Source: Azolla caroliniana (taxonomy: Eukaryota > Plantae > Polypodiophyta). Taken from it: 64,000 bases of DNA. Below the pieces are notes generated by a model that saw only the letters and a program-made list of their open reading frames with translations, had not been told where the DNA came from and did not search any database. Location of the stretch: the NCBI GenBank assembly GCA_043228905.1, contig JBHGNT010000014.1, forward strand, positions 310,001 through 374,000, in the 5' to 3' direction. The position numbers and the translations under genes were made by a program. This document shows, one piece after another, positions 53,312-64,000 of this stretch; position 1 is the first letter of the stretch; each line of letters starts with the position of its first letter.

Positions 53312-56300
53312 GTTAATGTGTGCAAGGACGAGTCGGAGAATAATATTATAATTAGAAGCATAATTATTAGTTAGGAAATATTATAGGAATGGACGGATCC
53401 GGATAGTTGTACCAATCTGGATCCGCACCGATTAATAGTGCCGGTAGCTGGTAAGGCGTTGTTTTGTATTTCTTACCGGATGCCTATAAAAGGATCCGAA
53501 ATCGATGTAAATGTTTAACAGAAGTAATATGAGATTAGTGTTCTGTTTTAATTCTATTGTGTCTCTGCACTTGCCGTTCTGTGCTTCAATGGCTAATCTT
53601 ACGCGTGACATAACTAATCTGTTGTGTCTTAACAATGTGGAACGTAACCAGAATTTGTTGGATTGGAATCGGATAGCCGGATAACATCCATCCCTTAACC
53701 ACCCCTTTGGTGAAGTGTTCCAGAACGGACACCTTGTGTTTGAGGCTAAGTCCAGGCCAATGTAAATAGGAGTCATTCGATCGGAAGTCCTCGCGAGGGA
53801 GAATCCTCCCTCCAATCTCCAGTCGATGCTACTGGTCGAGGAGAATCATGTTCGAACAAGAAGGAATGTGCAAGAAGGACACATGCTCTATTCGAACTTC
53901 GATGGAGGAAGAGGACAATGTCGTGGAAGAAGAAGCCAATTCGGCCAAGGCCGACACAACCAAGAGCAACCCCAAGAACACAACTTCTACTACCAACAAG
54001 ACATTTCAAACGCGTGAGGCGGAGCGTCTGGAAGAAGGGGGAACAATCATGCTGAACCCAATCGACAAAACAATTCCACCTAGTGTGTATACTATGGTAA
54101 ATTCGGCCACTATGAGGTAGAGTGTCGGAAAAAGAAGAGTGAGTCGGCCTCCACAAGTCGACAACTCACCAACTACGCCTCAAACTCTGACTACGACGAT
54201 CGTGGAGGAATGTTCATGATTTGATGACGACATCATGTCTGACAAGCACCTCCAAATCGGAAAATGTATGGTTTGTCGATTCGATTACTGCATCCAATCA
54301 CATGACGTCTCATGAATATTGGTTTCGAGAGCTACGAATGCCCGGACGACCTGGATATGTGGAAACTAGGGATGACACAATTCACCCCATTTAGCATGTT
54401 AGAAACGTCCCTTTTGGAAAAGAAGGAAATCATACCTACATCAAGAACGTCTTGCATGTTCCAACTATAATGAAGAATCTAGTCTCGGTCAGTCAGATCA
54501 TGGAACAAGACATGCAAGTTCAACTCAACGACGGGGGCTGCTTCATCAAAAAGGAAGGCTGAATTATCGCTCACGGTCAAAGAGAAGGCCGAATGTTCAT
54601 CCTTGATTCTCATGAGATGAAATCAACAATGTATGCCAAGGGCCGAAAGACCGACACTGACATAGAGTTGTGGCACAAACGAATTGGCCACATTAACCTC
54701 CAAAAGGTCAAAGGAATGCAGTCAAAAGGAGTCATCATCAGAATCGCTACTTTTACCGAAAAGGAGAGTGCAAGCGCATGCGAAGCCTGCCAGTTCGGCA
54801 AACAACATCGTCAACTGTTCTCGTAAGAGAGGAACGTGAGAAAAGGGATCCTGGATGCAATACATTCAAATGTATGGGGATCAACCCAAACAACAACATT
54901 TGGCGGTTGCCGATACTATGTGATGTTCATCGACGACTTCTCGAGGCATACTTGGATCTACCCTATGCAGCAGAAGAGCAAAGTGTTTAGACACTTCCAA
55001 AAATTCAAAAATGAAGTCGAAAAGGCAACCGGTTGGCATGTCTGATGCCTTCGATCAGATGACAGCAAGGAGTATTTCTTGGATGCCTTCACAATGTACC
55101 TTTGACAAGAAGGAATTCGGGGAGAGTTTACCTGCCAACACACACCTCAGGAGAATGGAGTAGCCGAATGAAAGAACTGGCATTTACTTGAGGTGGCAAG
55201 GGCAATGATGAACGAGAAACATCTACCAAAATCATACTAAGCTGAAGGGGCTATCACGGTTGTCTATCTAATGATTCGCTGCACAACATCCGGCATGCAC
55301 GATATTACCCCCCACGAGAAGTTCTATAGACAGAAGCCAGATCTATCCCACGTACGGATATTCGGATCTATCACATTTGTACACATCCCCGATGAAAAGC
55401 AACAAAAGCTCGGTCCAAAATCAGAGAAATGTATCCTCGTGGGGTACTCGCTTGAACAAAAGGGGTATAAGTACTTCAACCCCTCTAAAGAAAGGTACGA
55501 GTGAGTAGGGATGTCGTATTCGACGAATCAACATCCTGGTACATGGTCGACTCTGCTCCATCCGACCTAATCGAAACCGATTTCGATATAATTGACTCAA
55601 AGGAGGATGATCGCCTAAGGTTCACAACAGAGGAAAGTCCAATCTCAACCAGATTGAGTGGACCATAGCGACCAAAGCACGTCGTGACCGAGTCTGAAAC
55701 AAGACAAAGGAAAGGCCAAAATGTCTTAGTACGAAGACTTAGATAGAAACGAATCGGACCACCCACCCGATAGTGAGTATGGTGGATTGGATGTTCCTGG
55801 CAGGGGACATTAGGGGCACCTGTCGCTCCACCCGAGAAACGAATGTAGTCAGCCGATTCAGCTGCAATGATTACATGGTATATCATTATGCATTCACGAT
55901 GAAGGTGGTGACAAGACGAGAGCTGGAAACTTTTTTCGAAGCCGCAAAGGACCCGCGATGGGTCGAAGCGATGAATGAGGAGATGTAAGCACTCTCCCAA
56001 AATGCGACACGGGATCTCGTCCCCTCTTCACCCCATCAAAAGGCAATCGGATGCCAATGGATATACAAGGTGAAGCACAATGCTGATGGCTCCGTCAATA
56101 GGTATAAGGCTTGACTTGTTGCAAAAGGGTATGCGCAGACTCATGGGGTTGATTACGAAGAGACCTTTGCCCCAGTGGCAAAGAAGAGTACAATTCGAAC
56201 TGCGATCGCGCTTGCAGCAACAAAAGGGTGGCACCTCCACCAAATGGACGTGAAGAATGCTTCCTCAAGGCAAGTTAGAAGAGGAGGTGTACATGATACA

Positions 56301-57373
56301 ACCGTCCGGATTTGAGTCGACCACACATCTTGTTGATAGGTGGGGGGGGGGGGGAGAGAGAGAGAGAGAGAGGAGTTTGAGGGTTAACTTCATTGTATTT
56401 CTCCTTCTTCCATGCCCCACAGGTGGGGTTTAAAAGCTGAGTGGGGGGTAGTTACACCTACTTACCCCACTTAACACTCACATATTAACATTTCATATTA
56501 CACATTACACAAATTACACATTGCACCTTACACACCATACACATTACACCTTAACCCTCCTGTACACCTATACGGGTAACACCTCGCATGCCCGTGGGAC
56601 AACGCATTGCACGTCGAACCCACAAGCCCATGCCAAAAACTTGTTGACCGGAAACTCCATCGGTCTTCTCTCGACAATCGGAAATCCCTCAATCAGAACA
56701 CTGCTCTACGATCGATAACTTCGATCGGAGCTAGCTTGACACGAACCTTCTTGTTCGGTCAGCATATCGCACGATTGGATCACACACCAATTTGCTCATT
56801 CACTGTGGTAAAGTCGTGTAGGTTTAAAAATGATCGTGGGTGTATTTGTGTATATATATATGTTTTTCTTCATTAGTGTGAGTGGTGATGAGTTTTTGTA
56901 CCCTTACATTTCCGAAATTTTATTTTGTACCCCTCAGTTTTTTAAATTTTCATTGATTGCCTTTATGAAATTTATGCATATGCCCTCCTATTTGCAAAAT
57001 TCTATGGGGGGGCCCTTGAGCTTTTGAAATTTTGTCGATGAACCCTCTCTTTGTAGGTTTTTGTTTCTTCTATTTTCTTCTTCTTTGCCTCTTCTCTTTC
57101 TTCTTTATTTGATTTGCTTCTACTTCTTTGATTTCTCTTCTTTTGTTATGGACGTTGGGCACCTGGCTCTACCACGTCTTCTTCTTCCTTCTTTTGAACT
57201 CCATCTTCTTCTTTCTTTCTTTCTGTTTCCTTCTCTTGTGTCGTCGTCATCGTCATCTTCATCGTCATCTTCATCTTCATTTCTGCTTTCTCGTGTTGCA
57301 AGGGAGAAACACGACCTTCCCTCTCCTTCTCAAACCAAAAACAGACTGTGTGTGTGTGTGAGAGAGAGAGAGA

Positions 57374-60300
57374 GATAGATAGATAGATAGATAGATTATA
57401 TTATCGTCTTCGGAGGTCAAATATGACCTATGAGACCAAAAATATTACATTTCACGTGATATGTGTGAAAGTGAGTAGTGACTCTCGATGTTCAAGAACT
57501 TTACCAATGAATGTTGCAATCGAGAGTGCACATTGTGGTTGTGAGAGGAATTCATGCAAAGATTGGGCTCGATCGAAGAGATGTGTAAAGCATGGTCGAA
57601 TATGATCAAAGGCAGAGCATTGTATCAAAGTGTGATACTCAGACTCGCGAACTTGTTTAGGGCAAAGTGCGCATAACCGACCACTCTCATCACTTGTACC
57701 CCAACGCCCTGTTTCGCATCGCAATGCATGTGAGCTAAGTCGCATGGAAGCAATGGTTCGAATGGAAGATAACGGTATGGGCTCTAACATGTATGGATGT
57801 GTACGATTTCCCCGTTCCGCGAAGAATATGGTTTTGTAGTTAGGTGCAACATGTGTAGTATAATGTGTGAAGCGTGAGCCTCCACATTTGTCCCATGTCA
57901 TGATACATTGGCGTTGCAAAAATGCCTCATTTACAGAGGAATCTAATGATGCATCATGAAGCAAGTGTCTCGCATCCCATCTACCAAACCATTTTTCTAT
58001 ATCTTGCATCCAACCGGAACACAAAATTTTGCTTTTATGCGTCTTTTGGATCTTTTTGCTTGCTTCCCACGCAATTCTAGGAAGTCGATGTGAGGGACTT
58101 TTTTGAACCTTAAGCATGTATTCAACAACCCTTTCCATGGCCATGATCTCAATGGGAAGCGATCCCGTCTCAAGGAGGAGGAGGGTGTAGGGCGTTTGTT
58201 TCTTAACTTGTAGAAACTTGGTAAGAAAATGCTTTTGGACATTTTCAAACTCTTTCCACATAGATTTAGGGATGCTACCGCCCCACACTTCCACCCCATA
58301 GAGAAGAACCGGTGTCACCAAAGTGTCGAAAAGATATTTCTTGAGGACCCAACACTTAATATCTCCAAGATTGCATGTGTTCTCAAATGCATAGTATGCT
58401 CGCTTGCCCGCCTCTAAGCGGCGTGTAGCACATTCATTCCATCTATGATTTGAAGGAACTTCAAGGCCAAGATATTTGAAGCTTTCCACACATTCAAGTG
58501 GCTCATTGTTGTACATAATGCATGGTTTATCTCTTTTTTGGCTCTTCACAAGCATAATCTTTGTTTTAGAGCTATTGACACTTAATTTAGTATGCATGCA
58601 AAATTTTTCCAATGCCTTCATAAGCTTTTGTGCATCTCCTAAAGTATTTGCAAAAAGCACTACATCATCTGCATATAGCAAAAGCATAATCACAACATTC
58701 CCAATGGCAACTTCTTCAACACATTCTTCCTTTGCAAACTTGGTAACCATTTCTTCCAATTCATCAATGCATAGACCAAATAGTGTTGGTGAGAGTGGGC
58801 ATCCTTGCTTAACACCAATAGTGCTTTTGAAAAAATCTGAAAGTTTATCTCTCATGCGCACACAACATACAACCTTCTCATAAATTCGGGAAATTGCAAG
58901 CATATATTCACTTGGCACCTCAAGTTCTTCCATTCGCCTCCAAAGATGCTCACGAGGTACCATATCAAAAGCTTTCTTGAAGTCTACAAAGCAACAATAT
59001 AAACCTTTACCTCTAAGGCGACTTTCCTCCGTTAATACTCGAAGGGTGATAAGGTGATCAATGGTGCTATGGTGTTTCCGAAAGCCAGCTTGTCCATAAG
59101 CTCTCTTACCACTTTTTTCAGCCCATACACTTATCTTTGATTCCATTATACATCCAAATAGTTTTGCCATTAATGAGCCAACCATGATGGTTCGATAGTT
59201 GTTTACATTATTTATATCTCCACCTTTATGTAAAGGTTTGATCCAATTTGTAGTCCAATCGTACGGCATACCATGTTGCAATGCATCATTAAACATATCG
59301 CTTATCCATATATGTGCTTCCTTTCCCATCCATTTGAGCATTTCAGCCTTTATACATTGAAGATCGCTTGCCTTTCGAGAGGCCAATTTCTTAAGTCCTA
59401 TGCATATATCTTCAATTGTAAAGAAGGGAGGCATATGTGAAAGAGAACCATAACACATCATCTTTCCGGCAAGAGATAACTCATATAAATTCTTACAATG
59501 CATAGACAAGTCGTGAAGAGTTAAGTCACCATAACTCTCAACACGTTTTCCCTTTAGATTTCCCCAAAATTTAGCACATGCATGTGCTTTCTCTTGCGTT
59601 TGGATAAGTTGTTGAGTAACTTCCCATATTCTTCTCTTTCTTTGAATAAGCCTTTTATACTCATGCAAATGCTTTTGGTAATTCTCTTTATCCTTAACTA
59701 CATCCAAAACCATAAGGCACTTTCGAGCTTCATGACATTCTTTATCAAACCATTTTTTCCTAAGTTTCTTGGTGCATTTCCAAGATGTGCGATTGGTCGA
59801 AAAACATTTGTTTGTACATGAGAGAATGAATTTCTTGAAAGCTTCCCATTTGCATTCTAGTGTGGCACCATGTTGTATCTTTGTCATTTGTAACATATCC
59901 TCAACCATCTTGGAATACATGGGTGCTCGCTTAAGGTTCATGCTCAAGTGCGGTTGTTTATTATCTTCAATAGCCTTCTCACAATCAAACCTATGCATGC
60001 ATTTGAGATCGATACATAAAGGCCTATGATCGGATTCCGGTGTCCATTCACCAAGTGAGAATTTATGTATACGATCCAAAATACATTCGGAAAGTAGCAC
60101 ATAGTCAATCACACTATTTCCATTGTGTTTTCTACATGTAAAACCATTAGTGTTGGGCCATAAGGAAATACCATTTGCAATAAGCAATCCGGTACTATTG
60201 CACATTTGTAGGAGTAACTTCCCAAATTGGTCCGGATCTTTTTCATCGCTAGAAGAGCGGTTATACATTTGCATATCCTCTTGCATCCTTGAGATATGTG

Positions 60301-60386
60301 GCATGAAAGATTCTTGTTAATCAAGTTGGAAACTTCTTGTACGAGCATTCATGTCACCAAAGACAATAACTTCCCCTTTGGATTTG

Positions 60387-60390
<4 letters not shown>
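57374..60390 (-). mobile_element. 5'-truncated RTE-group (RTEX-like) LINE
   Basis: (TCTA)n tail, 3' hairpin GGTCATATTTGACC, (GA)n tracts on both sides. Confidence 0.9.
57452..60304 (-). CDS. LINE ORF2: partial APE endonuclease, RT and C-terminal Cys/His motif (950 aa open)
   Basis: IDYVLL..SDHRP, QAGFR, FVDFKKAFD, GVKQGCPLSP, LLYADD, CALC..ESEYHTLIQC; upstream GDMNAR motif is separated by one stop. Confidence 0.9.
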   Translation of the reverse strand: MPHISRMQEDMQMYNRSSSDEKDPDQFGKLLLQMCNSTGLLIANGISLWPNTNGFTCRKHNGNSVIDYVLLSECILDRIHKFSLGEWTPESDHRPLCIDLKCMHRFDCEKAIEDNKQPHLSMNLKRAPMYSKMVEDMLQMTKIQHGATLECKWEAFKKFILSCTNKCFSTNRTSWKCTKKLRKKWFDKECHEARKCLMVLDVVKDKENYQKHLHEYKRLIQRKRRIWEVTQQLIQTQEKAHACAKFWGNLKGKRVESYGDLTLHDLSMHCKNLYELSLAGKMMCYGSLSHMPPFFTIEDICIGLKKLASRKASDLQCIKAEMLKWMGKEAHIWISDMFNDALQHGMPYDWTTNWIKPLHKGGDINNVNNYRTIMVGSLMAKLFGCIMESKISVWAEKSGKRAYGQAGFRKHHSTIDHLITLRVLTEESRLRGKGLYCCFVDFKKAFDMVPREHLWRRMEELEVPSEYMLAISRIYEKVVCCVRMRDKLSDFFKSTIGVKQGCPLSPTLFGLCIDELEEMVTKFAKEECVEEVAIGNVVIMLLLYADDVVLFANTLGDAQKLMKALEKFCMHTKLSVNSSKTKIMLVKSQKRDKPCIMYNNEPLECVESFKYLGLEVPSNHRWNECATRRLEAGKRAYYAFENTCNLGDIKCWVLKKYLFDTLVTPVLLYGVEVWGGSIPKSMWKEFENVQKHFLTKFLQVKKQTPYTLLLLETGSLPIEIMAMERVVEYMLKVQKSPSHRLPRIAWEASKKIQKTHKSKILCSGWMQDIEKWFGRWDARHLLHDASLDSSVNEAFLQRQCIMTWDKCGGSRFTHYTTHVAPNYKTIFFAERGNRTHPYMLEPIPLSSIRTIASMRLSSHALRCETGRWGTSDESGRLCALCPKQVRESEYHTLIQCSAFDHIRPCFTHLFDRAQSLHEFLSQPQCALSIATFIGKVLEHRESLLTFTHIT

Positions 60391-60453
<63 letters not shown>

Positions 60454-60541
60454 CTCCTTCTCAAGGGAGGGTCGGCCGTTTGGGTGTGCCAAGTGTTGAT
60501 GTGTGGGGGGGATTTGCAGGGGGTTCGAATGTGAGGGGAGA

Positions 60542-61189
60542 GATAGATAGATAGATAGATAGATTATATTATCGTCTTCGGAGGTCAAATATGACCTATG
60601 AGACCAAAAATATTACATTTCACGTGATACGTGTGAAAGTGAGTAGTGACTCTCGATGTTCAAGAACTTTACTAATGAATGTTGCAATCGAGAGTGCACA
60701 TTGTGGTTGTGAGAGGAATTCATGCAAAGATTGGGCTCGATCGAAGAGATGTGGAAAGCAAGGTCGAATATGATCAAGGCAGAGCATTGTATCAAAGTTT
60801 GATACTCGGACTCGCGAACTTGTTTAGGGCAAAGTGTGCATAGCCGACCACTCTCATCACTTGTGCCCCAACGCCCCAACTCACATCGCAATGCATGTGA
60901 GCTAAGTCGCATGGAAGCAATGGTTCGAATGGCAGATAACGGTATGGGCTCTAACATGTATGGATGTGTACGATTTCCCCATTCCGCAAAGAATATGGTT
61001 TTGTAGTTAGGTGCAACATGTGTAGTATAATGTGTGAAGCGCGAGCCTCCACATTTGTCCCATGTCATGATACATTGACGTTGCAAAAAGGCCTCATTTA
61101 CAGAGGAATCTAATGATGCATCATGAAGCAAGTGTCTCGCATCCCATCTACCAAACCATTTTTCTATATCTTGCATCCAACCAGAACAC
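60542..61189 (-). mobile_element. Second, ~650-bp 5'-truncated copy of the same LINE, inside the F LTR
   Basis: Near-identical to 57374-58023 with a 1-bp deletion near 60778. Confidence 0.92.
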
Positions 61190-62684
61190 TATATTTCTCC
61201 TTCTTCCATGCCCCACAGGTTGGGTTTAAATAGTATATGATCTTTACAAAAAGCTAAGTGGGGGTAGTTACACCTACTTATCCCACTTAACACTCACACA
61301 TTAACATTTCATATTACACATTGCACATTGCACCTTACACACCATACACATTACACCTTAACCCTCCAGTACACCTATACAGGTAACACATTTGACTACG
61401 GTCTGCCGACTCAAAAAAACCTCTCTACGATCTCAAGCAAGCACCGACAGCATGGCATTCGAAGATAATGCAATATCTTCACCAAACCAGTTGTCGAATG
61501 TCCAAATCCGACAATTCTCTGTTCATCCGGAACGACTCTAGAGTACATCTATTTATTATAATTTATGTGGATGACCTGGTCATTGTAGGAGAGCACATTG
61601 GGGATATTGACCATACTAAGAAGCCACTCTTTGGCCAATTCAAAATGAAGGACATGAGGGAGCTACATTACTTTCTAGGGATAGAAGTAATTCGGACTCC
61701 AGACGCATCATGATCTCCCAACGACACTATATCCTCAATCTTCTCTTCAAGTTTGGGATGACAAAGTGTAAGCCCGTCGCCACCCCTCTCAATCGAAACC
61801 TCAGGCTAGATGCCGATTCCAACACAGAAGGTGAGCCAATGTTTTATCGTCGACTTGTCGGAAGACTTATTTATCTCACCATCACTCGGCCCGACCTCAG
61901 TTACCTAGTCGGCCTCCTTAGCCAGTTTATGCAAACACCGCGAAACATTCATCTGGACTGTGTGAAGTGAGTATTACGCTATGTGAGTGGGACGATGGAT
62001 TTCGGCATCCTCTACAAATCAGCCACATCGATTCGACTCGAAGGGTAAACTGATGCCGATTGGGCCATCTACAGAGCCGACGGACGATCTACATCCGGAT
62101 TCGTCTTCTCTCTCGGCAGTGGCGCCATATCGTGGAGCAACAAAAAGCAGCTGACAGTGACCACACTGTCGAGCACCAAAGCTTAATACAGGGGCGCATC
62201 CATCGCCACATGTGAAGTTGTGTGGCTCAAGAGAATATTGAAGGATCTGGGCGTTCCCATCAAGGATCCAATGCTCCTGCATTGCTACAACATGAGAAGC
62301 ATCCTCCTGGCGCGCAACCCTTGAGATGCACAACCATTTCATCCGAGAACATGTCCTGGCTAGAGATATCAACCTACAACATATTAGCATGACGTTGTAG
62401 ACGGCCGACATCTTCACGAAGGCACTAGCCTAAGGAGTCGACAAGCTACGACAGTTCGCGACAAACCTCGGTCTCTCGATCACTGACCAACTGAGCTTGA
62501 GGGGGGGGTATGAAGGAGATGCCTGACACGATGACATGATGAATTAGGAGCTGCTCGACAGACACCGACGTGAAGGAGTAGCCGAATCGAAGTAGTATTG
62601 GCCATCCGAAGCCGAAGCCGATTCAACAGAATCGAAGAGACCAAACCTACTTTTTGGCGAACGGAAGTTATGTTTGAAGGGGCG

Positions 62685-63096
62685 TGTTGAGAATCAAACT
62701 CAAATTCCCTAATGTGGGAACACACTTTATCATACCTAGTGTGTGAACACCCCACCTTCTAATATAGTAACTAGTGTGTCATAGAACCTTAAAGTTCTAT
62801 GACATATATTTAGTGTAGTTAAGTCTCCACAACTCTTTAGTAAGTGGTGGTTGTATAGAGAGAAGGTGACTACCTAGTGTGTGAACAACCCACCTTCTAA
62901 TATAGTAACTAGTGTGTCATAAAACCTTAAAGTTCTATGACACATATTTAGTGTAGTTAAGTCTCCACCACTCTTTAGTAAGTGTTGGTTGTATAGAGAG
63001 AAGGTGACTACATAAGCACCTCTCTCCTCCTTTGTGCAATGGTTGGTTGTCTTATTCTTGTTAATACAGTTTTTCGGTTTTTTTCAGTATAACTCT

Positions 63097-63167
<71 letters not shown>

Positions 63168-63225
63168 ACTACACATAAACACACATATCCCTTCCGCTGC
63201 ACAAAATCATTCCCGATTCTTTACA
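62685..63225 (+). repeat. 3' LTR of B with a 138-bp internal tandem duplication
   Basis: 62733-62870 repeated at 62871-63008. Confidence 0.88.
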
Positions 63226-63426
63226 ATATATATATCTATATAGGTATTTACAAATATAGCCATGCATCGGCTTTAGCCAGCTTACCTCTGGTCCGATTGG
63301 ACGAATTGACTCTTAGCTTGGTCGGCTCTCATACTTGTCTAGCTCACAGCCCGACTAATCGGCATATAACTGGCTCCTCACCGAATAGGCTTTCCTCCCA
63401 TCATGAGGAACCTCTTCTCTACAACA
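63226..63426. mobile_element. Possible LTR-end fragment of another element
   Basis: TATTTACAAATATAGC motif shared with 3107-3122; ends ...CTACAACA before Copia coding sequence resumes. Confidence 0.35.
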
Positions 63427-63965
63427 ATAGCCGAAAGGAAAAATTAGCACATATTAGAGGTAGCAAGGGCAATGATGAACGAAAAGAACCTACCGAAGTC
63501 ATATAGGGCAGAAGCAACAAATATTGTTGTCTATCTCATGAATCAGTGCACAACGTCTAGAGTGCACGACGTAACGCCTCATGAAAAGTATTACGGAAGA
63601 AAGTTGGACCTATCCCACGTCAGGATATTCAGCTTGATTGCATACGTACACATTCCCAATGAAAAGCGACAAAAGTTAGATCCCAAGTTGGAGAAATGTA
63701 TCCTCGTAGGGTACTCACTCGAACAAAAAGGGTATATAAGTGTTATAACCCTTCTACCCGAAAATTTTGAGTGAGTCAGGACATCGTATTCGACGAATCA
63801 ACATCATGGTACGAACCAGAGCTGACTCCACTTGAACTGGTCTCAACCGACCATGAGATAGAAGAGGACAATCAGCTGAGGCATACATTAGAAGAAAGTT
63901 TAATTACGACCAGGTTAAGTGGACCTCAAGAGCCTCTGAGCAATCAAAGCACGTCACGACCAAGT
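63427..63965 (+). mobile_element. Copia integrase C-terminal fragment related to B
   Basis: IAERKN*HILEVARAMMNEKNLPK...KLDPKLEKCILVGYS, paralogous to 55160-55670. Confidence 0.8.
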
Positions 63966-64000
63966 CTGATATTATTATTATTATTGTTTTGAAAATATAT

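Larger units (their letters stand above)
47297..53768 (+). mobile_element. Element E: non-autonomous element with ~450-bp LTR-like direct repeats, inserted in gag of B
   Basis: Repeats 47324-47773 and 53317-53768, each preceded by GGCC.AGAGTATGATCCG.AGGGTTAA. CCTATAAAAGG in both. Degenerate flank duplication GAAGCTATT/GGAGTCATT. Confidence 0.75.
56331..61388 (-). mobile_element. Element F: small non-autonomous (TRIM-like) LTR element in the RT of B
   Basis: LTRs 56331-56581 and 60494-61388 (the latter split by a LINE), TSD CATCT/CATTT, PBS-like TGGCACACCCA on the minus strand at 60481-60491, ~0.9 kb non-coding interior. Confidence 0.8.
40460..63225 (+). mobile_element. Element B: old Ty1/Copia hosting multiple nested insertions
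   Basis: Interrupted 5' LTR 40460-46642 matches 3' LTR 62685-63225 (TGTTGAGAATC..TTCTTTACA). PBS TGGTATAAGAGC at 46643, PPT at 62674-62684. Gag 46809-47296 and 53769-54200, PR ~54265, INT 54600-55500, RT 55960-56330 and 61394 on, RH to ~62460. Flanks are TG/TA microsatellite and no TSD is seen. Confidence 0.85.

Noticed and set aside
57061-57378. Ser/Phe-rich ORFs or a captured host gene in F
   Set aside because: Low-complexity purine/pyrimidine-biased sequence with no recognisable domain

Overview
Eukaryotic land-plant genomic DNA, possibly a fern or other non-seed plant (inference from TE content only). About 85% is transposable-element sequence, around one host gene. (1) 717-22400 is a full-length, decayed Athila-like Ty3/Gypsy element: TG..CA LTRs, TSD TCAAG, tRNA-Asp-type PBS. 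It is unusual in carrying a second retropepsin-like domain and a duplicated ~67-aa module in frame after integrase, plus ~4.5 kb of accessory coding sequence that appears to be spliced. A Tork-like Copia and a probable solo LTR are nested in it. (2) 22.4-40 kb holds hAT transposase and MITE debris, LINE remnants and a 5-coding-exon Agenet/Tudor-domain gene (438 aa). (3) 40.4-64 kb is a multi-level nest. An old Copia contains a very young Copia with TG..TA ends, a second Tork-like Copia, two small non-autonomous LTR-like elements sharing a conserved 37-nt stem-loop, and two RTE-group LINE copies inserted in (GA)n tracts. All alignments and mismatch counts were made by eye and no database search was run.
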